Positions 1-9,902 of a DNA stretch of 64,000 nt are shown here, in pieces. Source of the DNA: an uncultured Methanosarcinales archaeon (GTDB lineage Archaea; Nanobdellota; Nanobdellia; Woesearchaeales; CAYMBN01); NCBI GenBank assembly GCA_964388715.1, contig CAYMBN010000003.1, forward strand, positions 1 through 64,000. Direction: 5' to 3'. The position numbers and the translations under genes are program-made. Positions within the stretch are counted from its first letter, which is position 1. The number at the start of each line of letters is the position of its first letter. The notes beneath the pieces are model-generated. The model saw only the letters and a program-made list of their open reading frames with translations, did no database searches and had not been told where the DNA came from.

Positions 1-100
1 AGCTCAAAATTTCGCAATTTATAAATGTTTCTATATTCATCACTAGTAAGTAGTTAAAAAGCGAAAGATTTAAATACTAGTAAATCGTACTATATGTAAA

Positions 101-370
101 ATGACAGGCTGTAATAAAGGATGTGAATCCTGTAATGATTTGGATCTTATTTCTAGTTTAGTTGATGTTCCTAAGAAAGAAGTTATTGTAGAAAATGAAG
201 AGGAAGAAGTGAAATTAGAAGATGAAAAGGTTGAAGAAGTTAAGAAATCTGTTTGGAGGGTTTTTACTGAAACAGAAGATTATATTGATCCTGTTACTGA
301 AGAATACAAACTTCACATGAATAATAAGCATGGTACAGAAGTTTGGGAAATGAAAAAAGAAGAAGAATAG
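101..370 (+). CDS. Small acidic hypothetical protein with N-terminal Cys cluster
   Basis: 89-aa ORF with CNKGCESC; TTTAAATA TATA-like box ~30 nt upstream. Confidence 0.55.
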   Translation: MTGCNKGCESCNDLDLISSLVDVPKKEVIVENEEEEVKLEDEKVEEVKKSVWRVFTETEDYIDPVTEEYKLHMNNKHGTEVWEMKKEEE

Positions 371-371
371 T

Positions 372-947
372 TTATCTTACTTTTCTCATATAAGCAGCGT
401 GTTTACTTGGTCTTAGTTTTTCTGCACCTTTACCTTTATTTCTTAGACCTCGTGCTTTTCTTGCTGAACTTGTAAGTCCTCTATGAGCTCTTCCTTTTTG
501 TTTACTGATCCAGTTTAGGTTTTTGTTTGATCTAATTGCAGGATGTGCTCTATCTACAAGAATGATTTCATACCATTTGTATTTGCCATCTTCTGCAACC
601 CAATAACTGTTGAGAACTTCGCAATTAACATATTTCTTACTTGTTCTTTCTTCTGCAACTTGTTGATAATTCTTGTCAAGGACTAATCTTCTACGTTGTG
701 TCTTAGGTCTTCTACCTTTTTTATTGCCAGGTCTTGTGTGGCCACCTTTTAGAACACGTTGTCTTATAACAAAAATACCTTGTTTTGCTTTGTAACCAAG
801 AGATCTTGCTCTGTCTAATCTAGTAGGTCTGTCAATCCTTAATGTAGAAGGTTCACGTCTCCATTTAATAAGTCTAGATTTCCAAAGTTCTTTAAGATCT
901 TGCTTTGGTCTTTTCCAAAGTTTCCTAATGTGTTTATACATACTCAT
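372..947 (-). CDS. rpl15e: 50S ribosomal protein L15e
   Basis: RPTRLDRARSLGYKAKQG, EVLNSYWVAEDGKYKWYEIILVD, RGLTS motifs; start moved to ATG 947 behind GGAGG. Confidence 0.97.
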   Translation of the reverse strand: MSMYKHIRKLWKRPKQDLKELWKSRLIKWRREPSTLRIDRPTRLDRARSLGYKAKQGIFVIRQRVLKGGHTRPGNKKGRRPKTQRRRLVLDKNYQQVAEERTSKKYVNCEVLNSYWVAEDGKYKWYEIILVDRAHPAIRSNKNLNWISKQKGRAHRGLTSSARKARGLRNKGKGAEKLRPSKHAAYMRKVR

Positions 948-1044
948 TTTGTTAGCCTCCATTTGTAAATTTTCATAAGATTCAGGTAAGCTACTACCCA
1001 CATCTCTTATTATATTGGTGAGAATAAGGAGTGGTTTATAAATG

Positions 1045-1884
1045 TTATGGAAAGAATTCTTTAGTAAACTCAGGGAGAATGAATGCTGCTTTGTGTATGT
1101 CTTTGTTGTAATATTTCAGTCCTGGGATTGGTTTTATTTCTTTGATTGCTAAAGGGTCATGTTTTTTAGAAGCAAACATGAAACCAATTTTGCCTGTTGA
1201 GTATGTTGGGACTAATGTGTAATAATATCTTGTTATTGGATACATATTTTTAAGGATTCCAAATACTTTTTCTATAATATCTTTGTAATTAAAGAAACTT
1301 TCTGCTTGTGAAACCATTATTCCATCTTCATTAAGGGCATTGTGTACGTTTTGGAAGAATTCTTTTTCAAATAATATTGTTGCAGGACCTACTGGGTCAC
1401 TTGAATCAATAATAATTATATCATATCCTTTGTTTTCTTTGACAAATTTTGCACCATCTTCATAAAAAATCTTTACTTTTGGATTGTCTAGTTGTGAAGC
1501 TGTAAGTGGAAGATGTTTTTTACAAACATCAATAACTGCTTTGTCTATTTCACACAAATGAACTTGTTCAATTGTATCATGTTTAAGTATTTCTCGAACA
1601 GTTCCACCATCACCACCACCTATTACAAGTACTTTTTTTGGATTAGGATGTGTGTTTAGTGCAACATGAGAAATCATTTCATGGTAACAGAATTCATCTG
1701 ATTCAGTTAACATGATTACTCCATCAAGAATAAGCATTTTGCCAAGGTTTTGTGTTTGATAAACTTGTATTTCTTGAAATTTGCTTTTGATTGATTCAAA
1801 TGTGTTTGTAATTTTTATGCCTAATGCTGCTCCTTCTTCTCTAAGTTCTTTTTGGTCGTGAAATACGAATTCTTTGTTAGTCAT
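1045..1884 (-). CDS. speE: Spermidine synthase (polyamine aminopropyltransferase)
   Basis: LDGVIMLTESDEFCYHEM, VLVIGGGDGG, IIIDSSDPVGP motifs. Confidence 0.95.
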   Translation of the reverse strand: MTNKEFVFHDQKELREEGAALGIKITNTFESIKSKFQEIQVYQTQNLGKMLILDGVIMLTESDEFCYHEMISHVALNTHPNPKKVLVIGGGDGGTVREILKHDTIEQVHLCEIDKAVIDVCKKHLPLTASQLDNPKVKIFYEDGAKFVKENKGYDIIIIDSSDPVGPATILFEKEFFQNVHNALNEDGIMVSQAESFFNYKDIIEKVFGILKNMYPITRYYYTLVPTYSTGKIGFMFASKKHDPLAIKEIKPIPGLKYYNKDIHKAAFILPEFTKEFFP

Positions 1885-1922
1885 ATTACTCTGAATTTTA
1901 TAGTTGTTTTTAAATTTTTTGT

Positions 1923-2633
1923 TTAACCAACATAACTTAATTGTTTTTTTCTTTGTTCTTGTGTTGCTTTCTGGCCTTTTTGCATTAAACCTTTTAGTTT
2001 TTCTTCAAATTTCTCTGCTTCTGCTAGTAATGGTTTGTAATCTATTTTAAATCCAAGGTATTTGTCAAGTATTTCAACTATTTTTGCAGCTGCTTTACTA
2101 TCAGGCAGGTTACTTTGTGTTTCAACAAAGAAGCATGTAGAAATTAGTTTTTCTGCCTTTAACATGACTGAGCCTGTAACACCCATGATAATTCCTTCCT
2201 TGAGTGGTTTAAGTTTAAGATTTTTTAGTTTTTCTTCTGTTTTTTTATTGTTTGTGTAGTAATATACTGATGGTTGTAGAGATGGGACAGCACTTCCTAC
2301 TCCTTCTAAGCTGATAATTTCTTTTGCACCAACTTGTTTTGCAATGTTAACAATTGCATCAGCTATCTTCCATTCAGAGCCTGTTATTGATGTTATGCCA
2401 TGAATTAAAACTGCATTGTATTTTTTGTTATAGAATATTCCGATTGGTTCAACAACTTTGTTTTCGTGTATTGCGACCATTGCGGGAATTTTATCAAACC
2501 AGATTCTTCCGATTTGTTCACATTCTAAATGATCCATTAAGAATTCTGTTGCAATTGTACCAACAAGGCCAAATCCTGGGAAACCTTCAATAATGATTGC
2601 ATTCTTAGGTTTTTTATTGAGAGTAATATCCAT
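1923..2633 (-). CDS. PAC2-family proteasome assembly chaperone
   Basis: IEGFPGFGLVGTIA, PDSKAAA motifs, C-terminal SYVG tail; ATG 2633 behind GAGGTG. Confidence 0.9.
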   Translation of the reverse strand: MDITLNKKPKNAIIIEGFPGFGLVGTIATEFLMDHLECEQIGRIWFDKIPAMVAIHENKVVEPIGIFYNKKYNAVLIHGITSITGSEWKIADAIVNIAKQVGAKEIISLEGVGSAVPSLQPSVYYYTNNKKTEEKLKNLKLKPLKEGIIMGVTGSVMLKAEKLISTCFFVETQSNLPDSKAAAKIVEILDKYLGFKIDYKPLLAEAEKFEEKLKGLMQKGQKATQEQRKKQLSYVG

Positions 2634-2679
2634 TAAAACCACCTCTTTAAGTTAATAGTTATTTGTTTATATATAAATA

Positions 2680-3177
2680 TTATGTTTGAGAAAGAGACTT
2701 TATCTTCTCATAATATTTGTCAAATCGTTTTCCGTGGAACTTTGACATGTATCTTTTTGTGAAGGTGTGTTTTTCTTTTGTGAATTGTTTTTTTGTGACA
2801 AAATTCTTGTCAACATTTACTTTTATACCAACTTTTTTGCACATGTCTTCATCAGTGTAAAGTTTTTTCATTACTTCCCCTCTAAATTCTTTGTCATATT
2901 CTTTATCTGGCTGAAATCCATGATAATATGTCTTTTTTTCATATCTTTTCCAGTTCTTTGTTAGTCTTCTAGTGCATTCTTCAAAATCTTGTTTTTTTGT
3001 TTCTAGTTGAACTGATTTTTTTATTTGTTCCTGATGATTTGAGAAAATTGGTTTTGAGTTGTAGATTATGTATGTTTTTGCTGGAAATACTTTTTCATGT
3101 GTATAAGTTACTATAACTTCTTCTGCTACAACAGAACTCATTACAAGTAATAATATAATAACACCCCAATATTTCAT
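2680..3177 (-). CDS. Secreted basic hypothetical protein
   Basis: Signal peptide MKYWGVIILLLVMSSVVA from ATG 3177. Confidence 0.6.
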   Translation of the reverse strand: MKYWGVIILLLVMSSVVAEEVIVTYTHEKVFPAKTYIIYNSKPIFSNHQEQIKKSVQLETKKQDFEECTRRLTKNWKRYEKKTYYHGFQPDKEYDKEFRGEVMKKLYTDEDMCKKVGIKVNVDKNFVTKKQFTKEKHTFTKRYMSKFHGKRFDKYYEKIKSLSQT

Positions 3178-3252
3178 ATTTAGCAGTAAGAAGTTATTGT
3201 TTAAATATTTATTGGGAAAATTATATAAAAAACAAAAATATCTCTCTTTACA

Positions 3253-3591
3253 ATGATAGAACATTATACTTTTGGGACATTTATTATTGATGGGAAACGT
3301 TATGAATCTAATGTGAAGTTAATAGGTGATAAAGCTAGTGCTGCTCGTTATTTAGAAGGGCATATTCTTAGGAAAGATGATTTTGATGAGTTGATTGGAG
3401 CAAAGCCTGATTATATTGTCATTGGCACTGGTGCTAATGGTGTTGTTAATGTGACTAGTGAGATTGAAGAATATATTGAGAGTAATGGAATTAAATTGAT
3501 TGTAGAGAAAACAGGACAAGCATGTGATCTTTATAATGAAATGTTAAAAAAAGGAGAAAAGGTTGCTTGTTTTTTACATAATACTTGTTAA
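3253..3591 (+). CDS. Mth938-like (DUF498) domain protein
   Basis: YTFGTFIIDG, IVIGTGANG, C-terminal HNTC. Confidence 0.9.
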   Translation: MIEHYTFGTFIIDGKRYESNVKLIGDKASAARYLEGHILRKDDFDELIGAKPDYIVIGTGANGVVNVTSEIEEYIESNGIKLIVEKTGQACDLYNEMLKKGEKVACFLHNTC

Positions 3592-3601
3592 TTAGAAAAA
3601 T

Positions 3602-3874
3602 TTAATTTTGTAATGGATAATCTCCTTTAGAAATTCTATCTTCAACTCTTTTTATTATTTTTAACCATTCTGCTACATAATCTCCTTCTTTACCATCTTC
3701 ATACCTTAGCTTAACTCTGTTATTGTCAAACCCACCATATTCTATAACTTCAGCAGCTCCTTTGAAGTGAGGTGGTTCTTCTCCAAATGCACTTTGGACT
3801 ATGTCTCCTATTCTAATACCATAATGTCTTCTTCTACTTACATTAGTATCTTGTGTAGCTTGATTCTTATCCAT
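3602..3874 (-). CDS. Hypothetical protein (possible SH3-like beta-barrel)
   Basis: 90-aa ORF, IRIGDIV pattern; TATA-like box ~30 nt upstream. Confidence 0.5.
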   Translation of the reverse strand: MDKNQATQDTNVSRRRHYGIRIGDIVQSAFGEEPPHFKGAAEVIEYGGFDNNRVKLRYEDGKEGDYVAEWLKIIKRVEDRISKGDYPLQN

Positions 3875-3927
3875 TGTGTTTTGGGTTTAAATAAATTAAT
3901 TTATAAATTTTTCTACAAAGTAATAAA

Positions 3928-4659
3928 TTATCGATAATTAATAATCTTCTCAAACTTTTCAACATCTAATGCTGCTCCGCCAACTAGAACACCGTTTATG
4001 TTTGGTTTGCTCATTAATTCTTTGATGTTGTCTGGTTTAACACTGCCACCATAAAGAATTTTGTAAGAGTTTGCTGTTTCTTTGCCATATATTTGTCTTA
4101 TTATTTCTCTAATGTAAAGGTTCATTTCTTCTGCTTGGTCTGGAGTAGCTGTTTTGCCTGTGCCAATTGCCCAGATTGGTTCGTATGAAATAATTATTTG
4201 TTCTGTTATGTCTTTGAGAGCTTTTCTTATTCTGCTTTCAATTACTGCTCTTGTTAAATGGTTTTCTCTTTGTTCAAGTGTTTCTCCAACGCAAAGAAGT
4301 GGTGTAAGATTATTTTTTAGTGCTGTTTTGATTTTTTGGTTTACTGATTCGTCTGTTTCTGAGAAATAGGTTCTTCTTTCTGAATGGCCAATTAGTACGT
4401 GTGTACAACCAACATCTTTTAACATTTGTGCTGAAATTTCTCCTGTGAATGCACCGTTTTCTTCAAAATACATGTTTTGTGCTGCTATCATGATTTTTGA
4501 GTCTTTTGTTAGTTCTGATGCTTGTTTTAGAGAAGTAAATGGTGGACAAATCAGAACTTGTGTGTTATCTGGGATTTGAATCTGTTTTATTTTGTCAATA
4601 AACTCTGTTGTTTGTGCAAGAGTTTTGTTCATCTTCCAGTTTGCAACTATAAGGTTCAT
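3928..4659 (-). CDS. tpiA: Triosephosphate isomerase, bacterial type
   Basis: ANWKMN, GAFTGEIS, IGHSERR, YEPIWAIGTG, LYGGSVKP, LVGGA. Confidence 0.97.
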   Translation of the reverse strand: MNLIVANWKMNKTLAQTTEFIDKIKQIQIPDNTQVLICPPFTSLKQASELTKDSKIMIAAQNMYFEENGAFTGEISAQMLKDVGCTHVLIGHSERRTYFSETDESVNQKIKTALKNNLTPLLCVGETLEQRENHLTRAVIESRIRKALKDITEQIIISYEPIWAIGTGKTATPDQAEEMNLYIREIIRQIYGKETANSYKILYGGSVKPDNIKELMSKPNINGVLVGGAALDVEKFEKIINYR

Positions 4660-5759
4660 TCTAGGTATTTTGCACTGTCTTTTGCTTTGAATGCTTTGAA
4701 AAACATTAGTGCGTCTGCATATGCTCTTGCTTCGATTGCGTCAATGATTTCTGGTTCAAGTGAATATAATTTGTCAAAGAAAACTTTTGTTGCATATTTA
4801 CCTTGTTTTCCAACAATTTCATTATCTTTTTTACCTGGCATCTTGTCTTTATAGTTTTCAATTGTCCAATTAAACATTTCCTTGTACAATTCTGGTTTGT
4901 AAACTTTGATTATGTCCCAGACTAAGTTTTGCCAGAATGTTCCAACATTGCCTTTGATTATCGTTCCATGCGGAAATTTTGTGTAAATTAATTCAAGTGG
5001 TGTTCCTGTAATTCCATGTTGTGCAATCTTAACATTGAATGGTTTTAATGCTTCTGCAACTTTGATTGTTTGTGGGATGTCAACAGATACTTGTTCAATT
5101 AAATTTCCATCTTTATCATAGGTGTTACCATGAGCTGAGCCATTTGCAATTGCAATTACTTGTGGAAAAATATTGTTGTTGTTAAGTGCTTTAATAAAAG
5201 TGGTTGCTTCTTCTGGTTTTGTTAGTATTCTACCATCTGTATCTTCTTTACCTATTTCACCAACTTCAACTTCTAGGCCAAACTCGTCGCTGCCATATTG
5301 TGATTTTATGTAATTTGTAAGTTCTGTTGTAACTTCAATATTTCTTTTTAATTGTTCTTCAACTGTTTGTGCATTTATGTTGAATAAATATGAAGCATCG
5401 ATTGCAAAGCTTGTGTAACCTGCTTTGATTTGTGCATCAATAAGATCTTTTGCACTTTGGATTTCTTCAGGAGAATCTTTTTTTATTGTGATGTGGTCTG
5501 CGTGGAGTACAAATTTGTCAAAGCCTACTTCTTGTGCAATATCTTTTACAAATTTTCCATATGTTTCTGGTGTTAAGCCTGTGTAACCTATGTTTGGATT
5601 GCATTCTGATTTTGCAAGTTCCATTATAACTGCTGCGTTAAGATGTTTTGCAGCTCTGAAAATTCCTTTTACAACACCTGGAACAATTCTTGTGTTGCAT
5701 GCCATGATTATCATGTTTTTATCTGTTAAGTTTTGGAAGAATTTTTTACCCTGAAGCAT
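4656..5759 (-). CDS. fba: Class II fructose-bisphosphate aldolase
   Basis: HADH, EVEVGEIG, GSAHG, QHGITG, KGNVGT metal/substrate motifs; lies between glpX and tpiA. Confidence 0.9.
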   Translation of the reverse strand: MLQGKKFFQNLTDKNMIIMACNTRIVPGVVKGIFRAAKHLNAAVIMELAKSECNPNIGYTGLTPETYGKFVKDIAQEVGFDKFVLHADHITIKKDSPEEIQSAKDLIDAQIKAGYTSFAIDASYLFNINAQTVEEQLKRNIEVTTELTNYIKSQYGSDEFGLEVEVGEIGKEDTDGRILTKPEEATTFIKALNNNNIFPQVIAIANGSAHGNTYDKDGNLIEQVSVDIPQTIKVAEALKPFNVKIAQHGITGTPLELIYTKFPHGTIIKGNVGTFWQNLVWDIIKVYKPELYKEMFNWTIENYKDKMPGKKDNEIVGKQGKYATKVFFDKLYSLEPEIIDAIEARAYADALMFFKAFKAKDSAKYLE

Positions 5760-6680
5760 TTAAATCACCCTGGTTGTTTTTATGAAACGGATTGTTTTTG
5801 TTTTATTATCTGTTACAAGAGAATGTGTTGTGATTTTGTTGTCTGTTTTTTTTATTCCTTGCAGTATGTCACCATCTGTTACACCTGTTGCAAAGAATTT
5901 TACATCATCACCTTTTACAATTTCATTGATTGTGAATATTTTGTTCAAATCTTCTATTCCCATTTTTTTTGCACGTTCTTGATCTTTATCTTTTTTGAAC
6001 CAAAGTTTACCTTGGAAATCTCCGTCCATTGCTTTTATGCAGGCAGCTGCAAGAACTCCTTCTGGTGCAGCACCTATTCCCATTAACATGTCAATTTTTA
6101 AGTTTGGAAAACATGTTGAAATTGCACCAAAAACATCACCATCTTTGATGAGTTTTGTTTTTGCACCTGTTTCATGGATTTGTTTGATTAATTCTGCATT
6201 TCTATCACGGTCCATTGCAATAATAACCATTTCTTCTGGTTTTTTACCAAGTTTTTCTGCGACTGACAGAATATTTTCTTTTGGAGTTTTGGATAAATCA
6301 ATTGCTCCTTTTGCTTTTGAACCAACTGCAATCTTATTCATGTAAGTGTCAGGTGCTCCTAAAAGATTTCCTCTTGGTGCATATGCAAAAACACTTATAG
6401 AATTTGGTAGATTCATTGCGCACATGTTTGTTCCTTCTAATGGATCAACTGCAATATCTATCTCAGGACCATTTTTTGTGCCTAACTCTTCCCCAATAAA
6501 TAGCATTGGTGCTTTATCACGTTCACCTTCACCAATTACAACTTTGCCATGGATATCTAATAAGTTAAATGCTTTTCTCATTGCATCTGTAGCTGCTTTG
6601 TCTGCTGCTTTTCTATCTCCTTTTCCAATCCAATCATGGCAGGCAATTGCAGCTTGCTCTGTAATACTAAGGAAGTTCAT
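5760..6680 (-). CDS. glpX: Class II fructose-1,6-bisphosphatase (GlpX)
   Basis: VVIGEGERDKAPMLFIGE, DIAVDPLEGT, DGDV, GIGAAPEGVLAA, ATGVTDG. Confidence 0.96.
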   Translation of the reverse strand: MNFLSITEQAAIACHDWIGKGDRKAADKAATDAMRKAFNLLDIHGKVVIGEGERDKAPMLFIGEELGTKNGPEIDIAVDPLEGTNMCAMNLPNSISVFAYAPRGNLLGAPDTYMNKIAVGSKAKGAIDLSKTPKENILSVAEKLGKKPEEMVIIAMDRDRNAELIKQIHETGAKTKLIKDGDVFGAISTCFPNLKIDMLMGIGAAPEGVLAAACIKAMDGDFQGKLWFKKDKDQERAKKMGIEDLNKIFTINEIVKGDDVKFFATGVTDGDILQGIKKTDNKITTHSLVTDNKTKTIRFIKTTRVI

Positions 6681-6712
6681 TATTTTGAGTTGGTTTGTTG
6701 TTGTTTAAAAAG

Positions 6713-6979
6713 TTAATGTACTCTTACAGGTTCTGGAACTAATATTGGGTGGCTTTCTAGGTATTCCATAATGTAATCTCTTATTACACTGTCAGGAATC
6801 TTTTCATATATTCTTGGGTCAAAACCTTCATAAGTTCCTGTTTTTGTGTCTCTTACATAAACTATGTCTTTTCTTGGTTTTCCATTTTCATCATGGACAG
6901 ATAGAACTTCTAATGGGTTTTGTGTGTTTAAATCTGTTCTCCATGTTTGAACAGCACTATCAATTGGCATTTTTTTCAC
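6713..6979 (-). CDS. Hypothetical protein
   Basis: 88-aa ORF (GTG start), GAGGTG nearby. Confidence 0.5.
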   Translation of the reverse strand: MKKMPIDSAVQTWRTDLNTQNPLEVLSVHDENGKPRKDIVYVRDTKTGTYEGFDPRIYEKIPDSVIRDYIMEYLESHPILVPEPVRVH

Positions 6980-6992
6980 CTCATTTTTTAAA

Positions 6993-7135
6993 GTATGATG
7001 TTATCATACCTTTGTAGAATTAACTTATATTTAAATGTTTTGATTTATCATACTTTATCATACTATTTTAAAATGAGGGTATGTAATTCCATATAGACAT
7101 TTAAAACATAATCTTTAAATAGTATGACATCATAA
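6993..7135. promoter_or_regulatory. Putative operator array (GTATGA/TCATAC half-sites) in divergent promoter region
   Basis: GTATGATgttATCATAC 6993-7009; TTATCATACT twice 7045-7064; GTATGAcaTCATA 7122-7134 just after TATA box CTTTAAATA. Confidence 0.55.
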
Positions 7136-7160
7136 GATAGAAATTGTAAGGGGTGTTAAT

Positions 7161-7970
7161 GTGAAAGAAAGAATAACAATAACTCTTGATGAAGATCTTA
7201 TTAAAGAAATTGATGAAAAGGTTGATGGTTTTTTAATAAAAAACCGTTCACATGCAATTGAATCTTATTTATTTAAAGTTCTTGGTATAAATAAAATTAG
7301 AAAAGCTGTTGTTTTATCTGGTGGTCAATCAAAAAAGATTCAAGCATTGACAAAGGTTCATGGTAAGTTTGTTATTGAACATATTCTTGAACTGTTGAAG
7401 AAGTTTGGTGTTAGTGAAATTATTATTATACTGAGCGATAATCGGCAAAAGATTAAGGATGAATTAGGTGATGGTACAAGGTATGGTTTGTCTATTACTT
7501 ATATACCAGAGTCAGCACCACTTGGTACTGCAGGTGCACTTAAGTTAGCTACTAAGTTTTTAACAGAACCTTTTATTGTAACTAATGATGATGAGCTAAA
7601 GAATATTGATCTGGCAGAGATGTTTAAAGAACATAAAGTAAGAGAGTCTGTTGCAACAATTGCTCTTACAACTGTTAGTAATCCAAGCAAATATGGTGTT
7701 GCAAGAATGCAAGGTTCAAACATACTTGAGTTTGTTGAAAAACCAAAAAAGGATGCACCTTCAAATTTAATTAACTCAGGACTGTATATTTTTGAGCCTG
7801 ATATCTTAGATGTTATTCCTGATAAATTTTCTATGTTAGAAAAAGATATCTTTCCAAAACTAGCAAAAAAGAGGCAACTTAATGGGTTTATTTCAGCAGG
7901 GCAATGGTTTGACCTTGATACAAATAAATCAGTAGAAATTGCAAAAAGCAAGTGGAAGGAAATTGAATGA
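7161..7970 (+). CDS. Ribbon-helix-helix + NDP-sugar nucleotidyltransferase-like protein
   Basis: N-terminal KERITITLDEDLIKEID...NRSHAIE (RHH); PLGTAGAL, YGV, FVEKP, INSGLYIF, WFDLD; GxGxR signature degenerate. Confidence 0.85.
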   Translation: MKERITITLDEDLIKEIDEKVDGFLIKNRSHAIESYLFKVLGINKIRKAVVLSGGQSKKIQALTKVHGKFVIEHILELLKKFGVSEIIIILSDNRQKIKDELGDGTRYGLSITYIPESAPLGTAGALKLATKFLTEPFIVTNDDELKNIDLAEMFKEHKVRESVATIALTTVSNPSKYGVARMQGSNILEFVEKPKKDAPSNLINSGLYIFEPDILDVIPDKFSMLEKDIFPKLAKKRQLNGFISAGQWFDLDTNKSVEIAKSKWKEIE

Positions 7971-9295
7971 ATCCTAAAATTTTTAAAGCGTATGATGTGA
8001 GAGGAATTTATCCTGATGATCTTGATGAAGATAGTGCTTACAGGATAGGTAAAGCTTTTGTTAAATTTCTTAATTGTAAAAATGTTGTTGTGGCAAGAGA
8101 TATGAGAGAGAGTTCTGATCAATTGTTTGAGAATCTTGTTAAAGGTATAATTGATATGGGAGCTGATGTAATTGATGTTGGTTTGGTTACATCACCTATG
8201 CTTTATTTTACTGTTGGGAATTATAATTATGATTCTGGGATTATAATTACTGCTTCACATAACCCTGGAAATTATAATGGATTTAAACTTTCAAAAGAAA
8301 ATGTAATTCCAATTGGTAAGAATAATGGAATGGATAAGATAAAAGAACTAGCTTTTAGTGAGATTTCTGTTTTAGATAGGAAGGGATCTGTAATTAAAAA
8401 AGATATTAAACAAGATTATCTTAATTTTTTGAAAAAGTATTCTGATGGGATTAAACCGCTTAAGATTGTTATTGATGCTGCAAATGCAATGGGGTCAATA
8501 ACTGCAAAAGATGTTATTGCAATGACTCCTTGTACTTTAGTTCCTTTATTTTTTGAACTTGATGGAAGTTTTCCAAATCATGAAGCAAATCCACTTAAGG
8601 TTGAGACTTTAGATGTTTTAAGTAAGACTGTTGTTAAAGAAGGAGCTGATCTTGGTGCTGCATATGATGGTGATGCGGATAGAGTTGGTTTTGTTGATGA
8701 GAAAGGTGAAGTTATAACAGGTGACATGATTACTGCACTTCTTGGTTGTGAATTGTTAAGAGATAATCCTGGTGCGACAATACTTTATGATTTAAGGTCA
8801 AGCTGGTCAACAAAAGAAGCAATTGAAGAAGCAGGTGGGAAGGCTGTACAGTGTAGGGTTGGTCATGCTTTTATTAAAAAACAATTAAGAGAAGAAGGTG
8901 GGTTATTAGGTGGAGAATTATCTTCTCATTATTATTTTAAAGCTAATTTTTGTACTGAATGTAGTGATTTAGTTGTTTTGATGTTATTGAAAATGATTTC
9001 CAGGGAAGGTAAGCCGATTTCTGAGATTGTTAAACCTTTGAAAAGGTATTTTGCAAGTGGTGAGATTAATTCAGAGGTTGAAGATAAAGAAGCTGTTATG
9101 AAAAAGTTGGAAGAGAAATATAAAACAGGTAAAGAAATCTATTTCTTAGATGGAATTTCTATTGAGTTTGATGACTGGTGGTTTAATGTTAGGCCATCAA
9201 ATACAGAACCTTTGTTACGGTTGAACTTAGAAGCTAAGAGTAAAGAATTAATGGAACAGAAAAGAGATGAAGTTTTGGATTTGATTAGAGGTTGA
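7967..9295 (+). CDS. Phosphomannomutase/phosphoglucomutase
   Basis: FKAYDVRG, ITASHNP, DGDADR, GELSSH, VRPSNTEP. Confidence 0.96.
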   Translation: MNPKIFKAYDVRGIYPDDLDEDSAYRIGKAFVKFLNCKNVVVARDMRESSDQLFENLVKGIIDMGADVIDVGLVTSPMLYFTVGNYNYDSGIIITASHNPGNYNGFKLSKENVIPIGKNNGMDKIKELAFSEISVLDRKGSVIKKDIKQDYLNFLKKYSDGIKPLKIVIDAANAMGSITAKDVIAMTPCTLVPLFFELDGSFPNHEANPLKVETLDVLSKTVVKEGADLGAAYDGDADRVGFVDEKGEVITGDMITALLGCELLRDNPGATILYDLRSSWSTKEAIEEAGGKAVQCRVGHAFIKKQLREEGGLLGGELSSHYYFKANFCTECSDLVVLMLLKMISREGKPISEIVKPLKRYFASGEINSEVEDKEAVMKKLEEKYKTGKEIYFLDGISIEFDDWWFNVRPSNTEPLLRLNLEAKSKELMEQKRDEVLDLIRG

Positions 9296-9329
9296 AACAG
9301 AAAGGTATATAAAGTTGTGATGCTTAATT

Positions 9330-9515
9330 ATGTGTATGATATTCAAAGATTTTATTTTGTCATTAATTGTTGCGGCGATTGGTGTGTATCTTCTTTTGCC
9401 TAAGTTTGGTTTTAGTTTTTCTTTAGGAAATAATATTGAACCAATCTTATACGGATTTCTTGTGTTAGCTGGTGGTTACATAGCTTTCACTAGTATAAGT
9501 GCTGTTGAAGAATGA
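9330..9515 (+). CDS. Small two-TM membrane protein
   Basis: Two hydrophobic segments in 61 aa. Confidence 0.5.
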   Translation: MCMIFKDFILSLIVAAIGVYLLLPKFGFSFSLGNNIEPILYGFLVLAGGYIAFTSISAVEE

Positions 9516-9764
9516 TTATTTTATACAGTCAACTGCAATTATATTAAGACTTTGGTTTCCAACTAGTAAAGGTACTTGGTTACATGTTGCTGCTTGTTGT
9601 GCTATTTGTAGGATTGCTTGTTCATATCCTTTTTGAGCACCTTGTTGAATCAATTCTTGTTCTTTTTGTTCTTTGTATGTTGTATACTTGTCAATCACAA
9701 TGTATCCTACTGCTAAAATTAATAAAATTGCTAGGACAATTGTTAACTCTTTTTGATTTTTCAT
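9516..9764 (-). CDS. Small membrane-anchored hypothetical protein
   Basis: N-terminal TM, two C-terminal Cys; GGGGG SD-like motif upstream. Confidence 0.65.
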   Translation of the reverse strand: MKNQKELTIVLAILLILAVGYIVIDKYTTYKEQKEQELIQQGAQKGYEQAILQIAQQAATCNQVPLLVGNQSLNIIAVDCIK

Positions 9765-9902
9765 AATAATCCCCCCAGTGATATGGTTTTGAAAGTATTA
9801 TTTAAATTTTTCTGAGAAAATTTTAAAGAATTGTAATTTGATACTTCTTTAGAGTGGTAATCTGGGAAAAGATTTATAAATAGCTCTTAATTCATCGAGA
9901 AT

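Noticed and set aside
7499..8122. 207-aa antisense ORF and similar shadow ORFs (e.g. 5995-6345, 17239-17637, 19469-19819, 50589-51011)
   Set aside because: Antisense to well-supported genes, with Ser/Phe/Ile-rich composition expected from codon bias.
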